64,000 nt of DNA from the human T2T-CHM13v2.0 reference genome, Homo sapiens (GCF_009914755.1 NC_060926.1); one strand, 5' to 3'; shown: positions 15,619 through 29,671, counted from the first letter of the stretch. The notes: generated by a model from the sequence alone, not told the origin. Numbers and translations are program-made.

Positions 15619-16962
15619 AACCCATGTTTTAAATATGTCAATTAGGTTATCTTTATTTACAACACTGTTCAAATCTATATTCTTACATTTTGACTGCTTT
15701 TTCAATCTATTCCTAGGAAAAATTTGTTAAAATCATCCCCTGTGGTTTTGATTTGTGTCTATTTGTCTTTTATTTGGGCAATTATTGCTGTATATATTTT
15801 GATGACATGTTTAATTACATATAACTTTGGAATAAGCATATCTCCTGGTTTATTAAAAAGCATGATCATTATTAGACACAACCTTTATAATTATATTCTT
15901 AAATTCTATTTTTTAAATTAGAATATTTACGCAACTGTTTTCTCCCTCTCACATTCTGTGATATAATTTTTTGTCACTACCTTCAAACATTTTATTCCTC
16001 TTATTTAGAATATGTCTCTTTTAGCAGGATAAAGTTTTATTTTTTATCCTGTCTGACAAGTTTTATTTTAAATTTCATTATGTATAATAACATTTAACGT
16101 AACTAATATTGTATTGAGGTAGGTTTTTGACCTCTTTCCTGCAGTATGTAGCAACGGTTTAATGTGCTATCTTTCTATTTGTTTTATATTAGATTTTGTT
16201 TCTATTTTCTCTCCTTTTTATCTTGTTTTGAGTGAAATGAGTATTTTACTGATATTTCTTTTTTTCTTGCTATATTCTCCTGTTAGTTTTATATTCTTTC
16301 ATTTTTCTTTCAGATAGCCTTCAGATTAAAATGTGATCCCTTGTCTTAATTCTTATATGTAGTAATACATTTATTATATCTGGACAATGCTATGACTAAA
16401 AATATTTTTTACCTTAATTTACCATCCTGCTATTCCCCATATGACATCATCATCATCATTAGTATTGTTGTATGTAGTCCATATTTAGTTAGATTTACTG
16501 AAATATCTACTTTTTTGTTACTTTCTTCTTTCCTGAAATTCAGAGCATCCATCTGGTATCATTTCCTCTTGACAATTCCCTTTACTATTTCTGGTTGAAT
16601 GGTCAATTTTTTTTTTAAATGTGAAAATGCTTCTATTTACCTTCACTTCTGAAGCGTATTTTGCTGGATGTATATTTCATTTCTTAATAGTTTTGGAAAG
16701 TTCCTAACCATTATGTCTTCATGAACTCCCTCTCTCTCTCATTTCTGCATTCTTTAGTTCCTGGACTGCAATTATATCACCCACTTGTTAAGCTCTTTTC
16801 TGTTTTCTGTCATTTTATTTCCTGTATGATTTTCCCTGGATTTTCATCTTGCCTATCTTCTGGTTTATTATTTACACTTTACTATTATTGAGACCTCTAT
16901 TAATCTGTATTTAATCAGCCGTTAAATGCATCAGTTGAGTTCTATTTTCCAATTATTGTGTA

Positions 16963-17540
16963 TGTATTAGTTTTCTACTGATGCTCAAACTTAGTGCCTG
17001 AAAACACAACAGTCTATTAGCTCACAGTTCTGCAGGTCAAAACTCCAGGTGGGTTTCTGCTTTGAGTCTCATAGGGTCAAAATCAAGGTGATACCTATAC
17101 AGGCCTCTTATCCAGAGGATCTGGAGAAGAATCGTATTCCAAATTGATTCAGTATCAGCTGAACACAGTTCTGTGCAGTTGGAAAGCAGAGGTTGCCATT
17201 TCCTTTTCTGCTGTTGGGTGGGGGCTTTCAGCTCCTAAACCACCTGCACTATTTGATGCAAAACACTTTCCAACTGCAGAGCCAGGAACAGCACATCGAA
17301 CCCCACCATGATTTGAATCTCTGGCTTACTCTTCTGTTACTGACTGGAGAAAGCTCTCTGCTTTTAAACTGTCAATGTGATTAGATTAATTCCACCTGGA
17401 TAATCTCGCTATCTTAAGATCAACTAATTAGTCATCTTAATTACATCTGAAAAATCCCTGTCATGCTGAACCTTAACATAATCATGGGAATAACATGAGA
17501 GGGCAAAGGTCATGGGCCCTCTGGAATTCTGCCTACCACA
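16963..17540 (-). mobile_element. MLT1 (MLT1E-like) MaLR solo LTR
   Basis: Begins TGTATTAGTTTTCTA..CTCACAGTTCTGCAGGTCA; ends GAATTCTGCCTACCACA. Confidence 0.85.
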
Positions 17541-19715
17541 GTAAATCTCAGTGATAAAATCTCTATTGATTATTATTTTTTTCAGTTTTTGCTAAAATCG
17601 TCCGACATTTTGTTTTATTTCTTAAACAAATTAATCATAGTTAAAGAATTAGCTGATAATTCCAAAATCTGGGCTATCTTGTACATCTGTTGTTTCTCTT
17701 TTTAAAATTTTGACTTGTGTTCAATTGTTTTCTTTTTTCATACCTTGCTATTATTTATTTAATGACTGACATAGCATACAAAAAATTATAGAGTTTTTTG
17801 CCTGAAATACATGATTTTAAACTTCTGCCAAAACGATTATTTTATTTATTTATTTTTTGCCTTTGACAGACATTCCAGCTAGAAAAAGTTCATCTGGGAT
17901 CAAACTAATATGATAAAGAATTTCAGTCTTTAAAAGGGCAGCTCTATCATGATGCGTCATAAATTACATGTTAGGTTCCCAGTTGAAAGCCCCAATTTAT
18001 CAGCTACCTCCGACTTGGTGAGACTAGAGTTTCAAGTCTTGCCCCCTTCTCCAGAGACTGCTCAAAGCCCTAGTCTGCTCTCCCAGTTGCTCTTAAGCTA
18101 TCTTATGTTCAGCTTTACCATCTTTCATGCATAATTTTAGAATTAATAAGTGCATGAAAAGGCAAAGTGGTATAAAATATTAGACTCAGCTCTCTTAGCT
18201 AATTTTCTCTTCATGATGAATGCCTCTATTCTTCATTGTTTTGGTAGCTACTTAACATCTTAAACAGTGGGCTTTAAAAGATCCACATTACTTAGTTGAT
18301 TTGATTTTAATCAACTTTACTGAGACATAATTTATAAATGATGAAATGTACACATTTTGATTGTAAAGCTCAATGAGGTTTGACAAATGAATGTATCCAA
18401 TGAAATTACCACCTTAACAATAAAGATAGAGAGCACTTCTATCATCAAAAAGATTCCCTTGTGACATTTCCTAGGCATTCCCTAATCCTTACATCTTACC
18501 CCAGGTTACCATTGATTAACTTTCTATCACTGTAGATTTGGCTTTCCAGAGTTTCCCACAAATAGAATCCTAATGTACTATGTTGTCATTTATCTGGCTT
18601 CTTTGTGCAAAGCAATGCTTTGGGAGGAGTCCATTCATGTTGTTTCATATAGCAATTCTTTTTTCTTTTTATTACTAAGTATTACTATATAGAAGGGTTT
18701 ATCTTGTTGATGGACATTTGGGGTGTTCCAATTTTTTAATATTATGAATTAAACTGCTTTAATTTTTTGTAAAAGTTTGTGTTGTCATATGTTTTTACTT
18801 ATATTGGGTATCTAGGAGTTAAAATATTGGGCCATAAGTTACATGTATATGTGACCTTATAGAAAGTTGCTAAACTAATTTTCAAGGGTCTCTCATTTTA
18901 CATTTTCAGCAACAATGTATGAGATTTTCAGTTCTTCTACATACTTGTCAACACTTGGCACTGTCTGTATTTTAAATTGCACCTATTCTAGGGAGCTTAC
19001 AATGATATCTTATGGTAGTTTTACTTCGTATTTAATTTATGAATAAAGATTTTAGTACCTTTACCCATGCTTATTTGTATATGAACTTTGTACAATATAT
19101 GTGCAAATTATTGCCATCTTAAATTGTTTTGTTTTTTAATTCTTGAGTTGTAATGGTCCTTATACATTCTGGATACATATCCTCTTTCAGACATATGGAT
19201 GGTGAATATTTTTTCCCAATGAGGGTCCTTGCCATTCCATTTTCTTAATGATATATTTTGAAAAGTAATTTTTAAAATTTTGATAAAATTAAGATCCTTA
19301 TTTTTTCTTTGTCTTTTTTGTCTCCTATCAAAGAATTTATTGCCTATTTAATGTTTGCAAAAATGTTCTTTCATGTTTACTTCCAGAAGTTTTGTCACTT
19401 TACCTTTTCCATTTAGGGCTTTAAGCCAGTTCCAGTTAATTTTTGTGTAGGAGTGGGAGGTGATGTTTGAAATTCAATTTTTTCATACAGTTATTCAATT
19501 GTCTAGTACTATTCATTTAAAAGACATTATTTTTACTTTTGTAAAGCAATGTTTGAATTTTTGGCATTATATAAAAAGGGACTACATACATAGAGAGATA
19601 AGTTAATTTCTGAATCCTATATATTTGTGGGTTTATTTCTGGACTCTATTATCATCTCTTTCTTATATATATAGCCCTTTTTGATTGATATGATGACCTT
19701 TTGATATGAGATTTA

Positions 19716-19822
19716 TGTATATATATATATAGAGAGAATCCTTTTAAAATTTGATATATGTGTGTGTGTATATATATAATACATATATATATACATACAT
19801 ATATATATATACACATATATAT
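19716..19822. repeat. (TA)n/(TG)n compound microsatellite
   Basis: Direct read of the sequence. Confidence 0.9.
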
Positions 19823-20043
19823 GAGGAACTGGACTATATTCCAATCATTGATGAATATGCCTATTCTTATACCAAATACCAAATATTGTTAATTATTTCA
19901 GCTTTGTAGTAAGTGTTGATTAGGTGTGGTCAGTCCTCCAATTTTGTTTTCCTTTTCAAAATTACTTTGGCTATTTTATATCTTTTGCATTCTTTTATAA
20001 GTTGTAAAATCAGTATGTAAATTTCTATCATTAAACAAAGGGT

Positions 20044-20335
20044 TGTTGGGCATGGTAGCTCATGTCTATAATTCTAGCACTTTAGGAGGCTGAGACAGGA
20101 GGATAACTTGAGGTCAGGTGTTGGAGACCCATTTGGGCAACATGGTGAGACCTTGTCTCTACAATTTGAAAAAAAAATTCATTGGGCATGGTGGTACCCA
20201 CCTGTAGTCCTAGCTACACAGAAGGCTGCGGAGCTTGAGCCCAAGAGTTCGAGGTTGCAGTGAGTTATGATCATGCCACTACACCACTCCAGCCTGGGCA
20301 AGAGAGCAAGACCCAGTTTCAAAAAAAAAAAAAAA
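20044..20335 (+). mobile_element. AluJ (Jo-like)
   Basis: Diverged dimer with J-type GAGCCCAAGAGTTCGAGGTTGCAGTGAGTTATGAT and an A tail. Confidence 0.93.
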
Positions 20336-20544
20336 GATGCATGTAATTTTTGTTGCAATTGTGTTAACTATATAGGCATATTTTTGGAGAGAATGGTTAT
20401 TTAACAATATTGATCCTTCTAATCCATTAATTTTGTTTTACTTATATCATTCTCAATTATTTAAGGCTTCTTTAATTTCTCTTTGTAGTGTTTTATAATT
20501 TTAAATATACCCTTGTATATTTTTTAATGAAACCCTATTTAAAA

Positions 20545-20800
20545 ATCATTCCCTGACAACTTATACTAAAATAGTACCGTATTTACTATATAATTATTGT
20601 TTTATTTTTCTTCATACTACTTATCATTACCTAGCATTATATCCTATGTCAATTTTGTTTTCTACTGCCCATCTCACTGAAGAAGAGCAACCTTCATGAA
20701 GGTAGAGCTAGTACCTCTGTCATTCACTGCCTCATCACCAGTGCTAAGGAAAGGTCTTGGCTTACATTTGGCACTAAATGAATATTCACAAAGAATGAAA
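20545..20800 (+). mobile_element. L2a 3' end
   Basis: TTCTTCATACTACTTATCATTACCT..CTTCATGAAGGTAGAG..CATTCACTGC..AATATT..GAATGAA. Confidence 0.7.
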
Positions 20801-23800
20801 TAAGATTCTTGCTCCAGCTATGTTACAATTTGCCTGCTCACAAGAAAAATTCTTTATTACATATCTTGTATGTAAGATCTTTTTTCTTTCCCCATTGATC
20901 TTGGTTCTCTTTTTCTGCCTTTACCCATATGTATCTATGATCTCTCCTTGACAAAATTTTCTGGAGAATGAGAGTTTCCAGGGAAGTTACTCTACATTTT
21001 CTCTTAAAGGCTGATTTTTTTTGTTTGTTTTAGTCACCAAGGAGTGGGAAGAAATGGGGTTCATTTCCATTATTCATATTACTTCTGATTATTATACACA
21101 TGCACTTTTGATTTTTACAGGAGTGAAGTGGAACTTCCTTTAGCTTTTTACTCTGTGTAAAGAGATCCCTTCTCTTCATGCTCTAAAATGAGGTCTTCAG
21201 AGTCCACCTCTTAAATATAGTGTGATATAAGTTGGTATACCTAATCCACAGCACTGTTGTATTGGATCTAATTTAATAAGTTTGTTTTATGTATACCCAC
21301 ACATGCGCCCGTGCACACACACATACACACACACATTCACCACATATCATAGTGTCTGATATAGTTTTTTTCAGGACATTCCATTAAGTATCATATACTT
21401 CAGTGTGCAAACATTTAATAATATACAGGAAATTAAATAAAAGCACATAATTAGAGAGTATTTGGTACTCATTTTGAGGGAATATGTTGATAAATATAGG
21501 ATATGTCCCCCAAAATATTATTTACTTAAAAAAAATGAAAATTCATTTGAAAATAATTAAATTTAAGCTCATTATTTTTTCTGACTCCTAACATATGAAC
21601 ATTACAAAGTGTTAATAGCATCTCAATTTCTTTTCCATTTAATTAATTATGTCTACTTACATGAGATCCAAAATCTACAAGACATTGCTTCTCTTAGAGA
21701 ATTTGGTAATATAAACTTTATTTGTTGAATTTAGAAATATTTTTGGCAGCCACAGAAGTATCCCAGGATTATCTTATACTTTTGCTTATGTACAGGCTAC
21801 CTCACAATATCTACTACTCAAAAAAAAGCAAAACAACATAAATTACTAACATCTTTTTCCCTTTTTTAAGGCTTATTTTTTTAGCGCAGTTTTAGGTTCA
21901 CAGCAAAATTAAGAAGAAGGTATAGAGGGTTCCCATAAACACCCTGACTTCACACATGCATGACCTCCTCCATTATCAGCATCCTTCACCAGGGCGACAC
22001 ATTTTTTACAATTAATGAACCTACATTGACACATCATAAACAGCCAAAGTCCATAGTTTACAGCAGGAGTTCACTCTTGGTGTTGTACATTCAATGAGTT
22101 TGAACAAATGTATAATGACATGTATCCATCATTATTGTGTCATACACAGTACTTTTGCTGCCCCTAAAATCCTCTGTTTCTCCTCTTCATCCCTCTCTAC
22201 CTCCACCCCTTGCCAACCACTGTCTCTTAAATGTCTCTAACTTTTGTCTTTCCCTAAATATCATAGAGTTGGAATCATACAGTATGTAGCCTTTCCCAAT
22301 TGACTTCTTTCACTCGGTAGCATGCATTTAACTTTTGTCCATATCTTTCTATGGCTTGGTAGGTCATTCCTTTTTAGCACTGAATTGCCTGGATGTAGCA
22401 GAGTTTATCCATTGGCTGGATGTACCACAGCTTATTCTTTCACCTACTGAAGGACATTCCTGAATATTTCCAAGTTTTGTCAGTTAAGAATAAAGCTACT
22501 ATAAACATTTATATAGCAGGTATTTGTGTGAATGTAAGTTTTCAGTTTCTCTGGATGAATGCCAAGAAGCGTGTTTGATGAATCATGTGGTAAACATACT
22601 TATAGCTTTGTAAGAAATGACCAAACTATCTTCCAAAGTGGCTGTACCATCGTGCATACTTACCAGTAATGAAGGAGAGTTCCTGTTGCTCCACATTCTC
22701 ATCAGTTTTTGGTGATGCTAGAGTTTTATATTTGGGCCAATCTAATTCTTAGGTAATGGTATTTCATTTTTTATTAATTTGCATTTCCTTGCTGACATAG
22801 AATGTGGACCATCTTTTCATATGCTTATTTTCAATCTGTATATCTTCTCTGATGAGGTGTCCATTAAGATCTTTGGCCCATTTGTAAAGTGGAGTGTTTT
22901 CTTATTGTTGATTTTTAGGGGTTGTTTGTGTATTTCAGATAACAGTCTTTCATCAGATGTGTCTTTTGCAAATATTTTCTCCCACTCTGTGGCTGGTCTT
23001 CTCATTCTCTTGACATTGTCTTTGACAGAGCAGACGTTTTTAATTTTGATGCAGTCAAGTTTGTCAATTATTTCTTCCATGTATTGTGCCATTGGGGTTG
23101 TATCTAAAAGTCATCATCATATGAAGGTCATACAGGTTTTCTCTTATGTTATCTTCTACAAATTTTATAATTTTGTGTTTGCATTAAGGTTTATGGCTCA
23201 TTTTCAGTTTATTTTTCTGAAGAGTGTAAGGTCTGCATCTATGTATTTTGCATGTGAATGTCCAGCTGACCTACCATCATTTGTTGAAAAAAGTATCTTG
23301 GCTCCATTGTACTGTCTTTGCTCCTTTCTCCAAGATCAGATAACTTTGCTTATGTGGGCCTATATCTGGGCTCTCTATTTTGTTCCATTGATACATTTTC
23401 TATTATTTTACCAATAACACACTGTTTTTATCACTGTCACTTTATAATGAGTTTTGAAGTTGGGTAGTATTAGTTCTCCAACTTTTTCCATTTTCTTCAA
23501 TACTGTGTTGGCTAGTCTTGGTCATTTGCCTCTCCTTGTAATGTATCAGATCAGTGTATTGATACCCACAAAATAATTTGCAGTGACTTCAGCTGGGATT
23601 GCATGCAATCTACACATTTACTTGAGAAGAACAAAAATCTTGACAATATTGAGTCTTCCTATCTATGAATACAGAATATCTTCTTTGATGTCATTCATTG
23701 GCATTTTTGTAGTTTTCTCTGATTTTGTTCATCTGCAATTTGTAGTTTTCCACATATTAATACCTTTTATAGATATTTTTTTTATTTATACCTGAGTATT

Positions 23801-24361
23801 TCATTTTGGGGTTTGCTAATGTAAATGGTATTGGTATTGTTTGTAATTTCAAATTCTACTTGTTTATTGCTGGTATACAGAAAATTGGTTGACTTTTATA
23901 TATTAATCTTGTATACTAAAATCTTGCAATATTAGTTCTAGGATATTTCTGTCAATTGTTTTATATTTTTTACAGAGATGATTATGTCTTCTACAGATAA
24001 ACCCAGTTTTATTTTTTCCTTCCCAATTTATATTTGTTTTTTTCCCTTCCTTTTCTTGCTGCATTTGTTGGTTCCTCTATTACAGTGTTGAAAATGATTG
24101 GTGAGAGGGGACATACTTGCATTGTTGCTGCATCTTAGTGAGAAACCTTCAAATTTGTTATAATTATGATGTTAGCTGTAGGCCTTTTGTAGATATTCTT
24201 CATCAAATTTAAGAAGTCTTCCTCTATCCCTAGTTTACTAAGAGCTTTTATAATGAATAGGTGTTAGATTGTATCAAATTCTTTATCTGCATCTATTTAT
24301 ATGAATATGTGATTTTTTTATTTTTTAGCCTGTCAATGTAATAGCTTACATCAATAGATTT

Positions 24362-25490
24362 GGGGTTTTTTTTTGTTTTTCTTTATTTCTTCTAAAAAAA
24401 TAAAAAAATGGGATACATGTGCAGAACATGCAGGTTTATTACATAGGTATACGTGTGCCATGGTAGTTTGCTGAACCTATTTACCCATCCTCTAATTTCC
24501 CTCCCCTAGGCCCCCAACCCCAACAGGCCCTGGTGTGTCCTGTTCCTCTCTCTGTGTCCAAGTGTTCTCAATGCTCAGCTCCCACTTATGAGTGAGAACA
24601 TGCAATGTTTGGTTTTCTGTTCCTATGTTAGTTTGCTGAGGATGATGGCTTCCAGCTTCATCCATGTCCCTGCAAAGGACATGATCTCATTCCTCTTTAT
24701 GGATATTCCTTATATGGAATACTGCATAGTATTCCATAGTGTATATGTACCAATTTTCTTTATCCAGTCTATCATTGATGGGCATTTGGGTTGGTTCCAT
24801 GTCTTTGCTATTGTAAATAGTGCTGCAATAAACATATGTGTGCATGAGTCTTCATAGTAGAATGATTTATATTCCTTTGGGTTTATGCCCAATAATGGGA
24901 TTGCTGGGTCAAGTGGTATTTCTGGTTATAGATCCTTGAGGAATTGCCACACTGTCTTCCACAATGGTTAAACTAATTTACATTCCCACCAACGGTGTAA
25001 AAGCATTCCTATTTCTCCATAGCCTCGCCAGCATCTACTGTTTTCTCACTTTTTAATAATCACCATTCTGACTGGTTTGAGATGGTATCTCACTGTGGTT
25101 TTGATTTGCATTTCTTAGATACTCAATGATGTTGAGCTTTTTTCATATGTTTGTTGGCCATGTAAATGTCTTCTTTTAAGAAATATCTGTTCATATGCTT
25201 TGCCCACTTTTGGATGAGGTTGTTTGGGTTTTTTTTTTTGTAAATATGTTTAAGTTCCTTATAAATTCTGGATGTTAGACCTTTGTCAGATAGGTAGAAT
25301 GCAAAATTTTTCTCCCATTCTGTAGGCTGCCTATTTACTCTGATAATAGTTTCTTTTGCTGTGCATAAGCTCTTTAGTTTAATTAGATCCCATTTGTTAA
25401 TTGTAGCTTTTGTTGCAATTGCTCTTCACGTTTTTGTCATGAAGTCTTTGTCCATACCTATGTCCTGAATGGTATTGCCTAGGTTTCCAT
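24362..25490 (-). mobile_element. L1PA8-like 3' segment (non-inverted part of a 5'-inverted insertion)
   Basis: Characteristic end TTTATTTCTTCTAAAAAAA..GGGATACATGTGCAGAAC; ORF 24710-24892 reads [19 protein letters not shown]. Confidence 0.93.
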
Positions 25491-25497
25491 CAAGGGC

Positions 25498-26433
25498 ATG
25501 GAACTGGACAGAGGATCTGATGGACAAATTGACAGAAGTAGGCTTCAGAGGATGGGTAAAAAAATCTATGCTGACCTAAAGGAGCATGTTCTAACCCAAT
25601 GCAAAGAAGCTAAGAACCTCAATAAAACTTTAGAGGAATTGGTAACTAGAATAACCAGTTTAGAGAGAAACATAAACGACCTGATGGATCTGAAAAACAC
25701 AATACGAGAACTTCGTGTATACACAAGTAATAACAGCCGAATTGACCAAGTGGAAGAAAGGATATCAGAGTTTGAAGACCACCTTGCTAAAATAAGACAT
25801 GCAGACAAGAATAGAGAAAAAAGAATGAAAAGGAATGAACAAAGCCTCCAAGAAATATGGGACTTCACACAAAGACCAACCTACGACTGACTGGAGTACC
25901 AGAAGGAGACAGGGAGAATGGAAACAAGCTGGAAAACACACTTCAGGTTATTATCCAGGAGAAATTCTCCAACCTAGCAAGAGGAGCCAACATGGAAATT
26001 TGGGAAATACAGAGAAGACCATTAAGATACTCTACGAGAAGTTCAACCCCAAGACATAAACATCAGATTTTCCAAGGTAGAAGTGAAGAAAAAACTGCTA
26101 AGGGAAGCCAGAGAGAAAGGCCAGGGCACTTATAAAGGGAAGCTCATCAGACTAACAGCAGACCTCTCAGCAGAAACTCTACAAGCCAGAAGAGATTGGG
26201 GACCAATATTCACCATTCTTAAAGAAAAGAATTTTCAACCCAGAATTTCATATCCAAACAAACTAAGCTTCATAAGCAAAGGAGAAGCAAAATCCTTTCC
26301 AGACAAGCAAATGCTGAGGGATTTCGTTACCACTAGGTCTGACCTGCAAGAGCTCCTGAAAGAAGCACTAAACATCAAAGGAAAAAGTGGTATGAGCCAC
26401 TGCAAAAACACACCAAGATATAAAGACCAATGA
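25498..26433 (+). pseudogene. Frameshifted L1 ORF1p (coiled coil, RRM, CTD)
   Basis: Pieces in three frames: LERNINDLMDLKNT..RMKRNEQSLQEIWD, NLRLTGVPE..ENGNKLENTLQ, and YKGKLIRLTADLSAETLQARRDWGPIF..KNFQPRISYP. Confidence 0.93.
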
Positions 26434-26486
26434 CACTATGAAGAAACTGCATCAACTAATGTGCAAAATAACCAGATAGCATCATG

Positions 26487-27121
26487 ATGACAGGATCAAA
26501 TTCATACATAACAATTCTAACCTTAAATGTAAATGGGTTAAATGCCCCAATTAAAAAAGACAGACTGGCATGTTGGGTAAGGAGTCAAGATCCATTGGTG
26601 TGCTGTATTCAGGTGATCCATCTTACATACAGAGACACACATATAAGGCTCAAAACAAAGGGATGGAGGAAAATTTACCAAGCAAATGGAAAGTAAGAAA
26701 GAAAAAAAAAAACAGGGGTTGCAATCCTGGTCTCTGACAAAACAGCAAAACAGACTTTAAACTAACAAAGATCAAAAAAGACAAAGAAGGGCATTACATA
26801 ATGGTAAAGGGAACAATTCAACAAGAAGAGCTAACTATTCTAAATATATTTGTACCCAATAAAGGAGCACCCAGATTCATAAAACCAGTTCTTAGAGACC
26901 TACAAAGAGAATTAGACTCCCACACAATAATAGTGGGAGACTTTCACACTCCACTATCAGTATTAGACAGATCAACGAGACAGAAAATTAACAAGAGTAT
27001 TCAGTACTTGAACTCAGCTCTGGATCAAGTGGACCTAATAGACGTCTACAGAACTCTCTACCCCAAATCAACAGAATATACACTCTTCTCAGTGCCACAT
27101 GGCACTTATTCTAAAATCCAC
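26487..27121 (+). pseudogene. Disrupted L1 ORF2p APE-like endonuclease domain
   Basis: MTGSNSYITILTLNVNGLNAPIK with a stop at 26696, then MVKGTIQQEELTILNI..IIVGDFHTPLS..TYSKI. Confidence 0.93.
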
Positions 27122-29207
27122 CATGAATAGGTTTTTTGATTATTGATCCCATCTTGCATACCTGGAATAAATGCTATTTAGTCATGGTTTATAATATACA
27201 TTATAAAGTACACTTTGTACATTTTTGGATTCAAATAGTTAATATTTTGTTGAAGATTTTTGCATCTATGCTTATGAGACATATTTCATTATAATGCCTT
27301 GATCTGGTATTGGTATCAGGGCAATGATGGCCTCATAGGATAAGTTAGAAAGCACTCCATCTGCTTCTAGCCCCTGAAAGAGATTGTAAAGAATTGTTGT
27401 AATTTTTTCCTTAAATATTTACTGGAATTACCCATCTAGGCCAGATGCTTCTATTTTGGAAGGTTATTAATTATTGACTACATTGATATTATTATAAATA
27501 TCTATATTAAATATAGATATAAGGAATAGCTAACAATGTCTTTAATAGATATAGACCAATTCAAATTGTCTATTTCTCCTTATGTGGGTTTGGCAGGTTT
27601 TTTCTTTGAAGAAATTGGTCTATTTAATCCAGGATATTACAGTTGTGGGCACAGAGTTACTCATGGTATTTCTTTATTATCCTATTAATGTCCATAGGAG
27701 CTGTAGTGGTGTCCCCTCTTTCATGTCTGATACATGTAATTTATGACCTTTCTCAGTTTCTCTTAGTTAGCCAGATATAGGCTTATCAAGTTTATTGACA
27801 TTTTAAATAACCAGATTTGGTTTTGTTAATTCTTTCTACTGATTTCCTGTTTTCAATTTCATCTATTTCTGCTCTAATTCTTATTATTTCTTTTCTTCTG
27901 CTTCTTTTGGACAGAATTTGCTCATCTTTTTCCAGTTTTATAAGGTGGATGATTAGATGATTGATTTCAGACCTTTTTTTCTTCTCTAATATATGCATTC
28001 AATGACATAAATTTCCCTCTAAGTGCTATTTTTGCTATATTTCACAAATTTTGATAAGCTTTGCTTTCATTTCATTTGGTTCAATGTAATTTTAATTTCT
28101 TTTGAAATTTCTTCTTTAACTCATGTGTTATTTAGAAACGTGTTGCTTGATCTCCATGTATTTTGGGCTTATCTTGTTATCTTTCAGTTAGTGATGTCCA
28201 GTTTAGTTTCATTGAAGTCTGAGAGCAGACATTGCATTTCTATTTTTTAAGCTGTGTTTTAATGCCCAGAATGAGTTCTATCCTACTGATGTTCCATGTG
28301 AGCATGAAAAGAATGTGGATTTTGCTGTTGTTGAAGTAGTTTATAAATATTGATTATATCCAGTTGGTTGATAGTGTTGTTGTGTTAAACTATTTCCTTA
28401 CTGATATTTTGCCTGCTGGATTTATTTATTTCTGATAGAGAGATGTTGAATTCTTCAACTATGATAATGGATGTGTCTATTTCTCCTTGCAGTTTTATTA
28501 GTTTTTGCCTCACATAGTTTTATTCTCTGTTGTTAGGCACATACATATTAAGGATTGTTATCATTATCTAATGGCCTTCTCTATATCTGATAATGTTCCT
28601 TGCTTAGAAGTCTGATCTTTCTGAAATTAATATAACTATTCCTGCTTTCTTTGCATTAGTGTTATCATGATATATTTTTGTCTATCCATTTACTTTCAAT
28701 CTATATGTTACTTTACATTTTAAATGGGCTCCTTCTAGACAACACACAGTTGGGTCTAGTTTTTTATTCAATCTGATAATCTCTGTCTTTTAATTGGTGA
28801 ATTTTGACCATTGAAATTCAAAAGGATCATTTATATAATTGGATTAATCTCTGCTGTATTTGTTAATGCTTTATATTCATTGCTTTTGTTTTTTGTTCTT
28901 ATTTTTGTCTTTTACTTTTTTTCTGGCTTTTGTAGTTTTAACTGAGAATTTTATATAATTCTATTTCCTTTCTTAGCATATCAATGATACTTTCTTTTTT
29001 ACTTATTTAGTGGTTGATTTATAGCTTGTAATATGCATTTACAGCTAACTCAAGCTACTTTCAAATAACGCTATACCACTTAAAGGATATCTTATAATAA
29101 CAAAATAATCTTAATTTATTTCTCTCCTATCATTGATGTCATTCATTTGACTTATATATAAGCATACATGACTATATATGATATATACATAAGCATAAGT
29201 AATATAA

Positions 29208-29671
<464 letters not shown>

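Larger units (their letters stand above)
14700..18250 (-). mobile_element. Old L1M (L1ME-type) 5' ORF2/ORF1 region, interrupted by an Alu and MLT1
   Basis: T-rich antisense L1 motifs (TTGATTTTCAGC..CTTTTCTAATACATTCATTTAA, TGGTCAATTTTGGCAAATGTT, GTTTTGGAAAGTTCCTAACCATTAT); boundaries approximate. Confidence 0.6.
18305..20530 (-). mobile_element. L1ME1-like 3' UTR and ORF2 end
   Basis: CAACTTTACTGAGACATAATTTA..TTTGACAAATG; CAGCAACAATGTATGAGA..CAACACTTGG; carries an AluJ and a TA-rich insert. Confidence 0.75.
25491..27121 (+). mobile_element. L1PA8-like ORF1 plus ORF2 endonuclease region (inverted part of the same insertion)
   Basis: ORF1 and ORF2 peptides lie in the opposite orientation to the 3' segment; TSD CATCAATAGATTT (24349-24361) and CATGAATAGGTTT (27122-27134) encloses both parts. 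Confidence 0.92.

Noticed and set aside
22384-22437. Diverged 27-bp tandem duplication in L1MC1
   Set aside because: An ordinary old slippage duplication with no further structure.
22779-23417. Longest ORF (212 aa, hydrophobic) as a membrane protein
   Set aside because: It is the antisense strand of L1MC ORF2; T-rich antisense L1 commonly yields F/L/I-rich frames.
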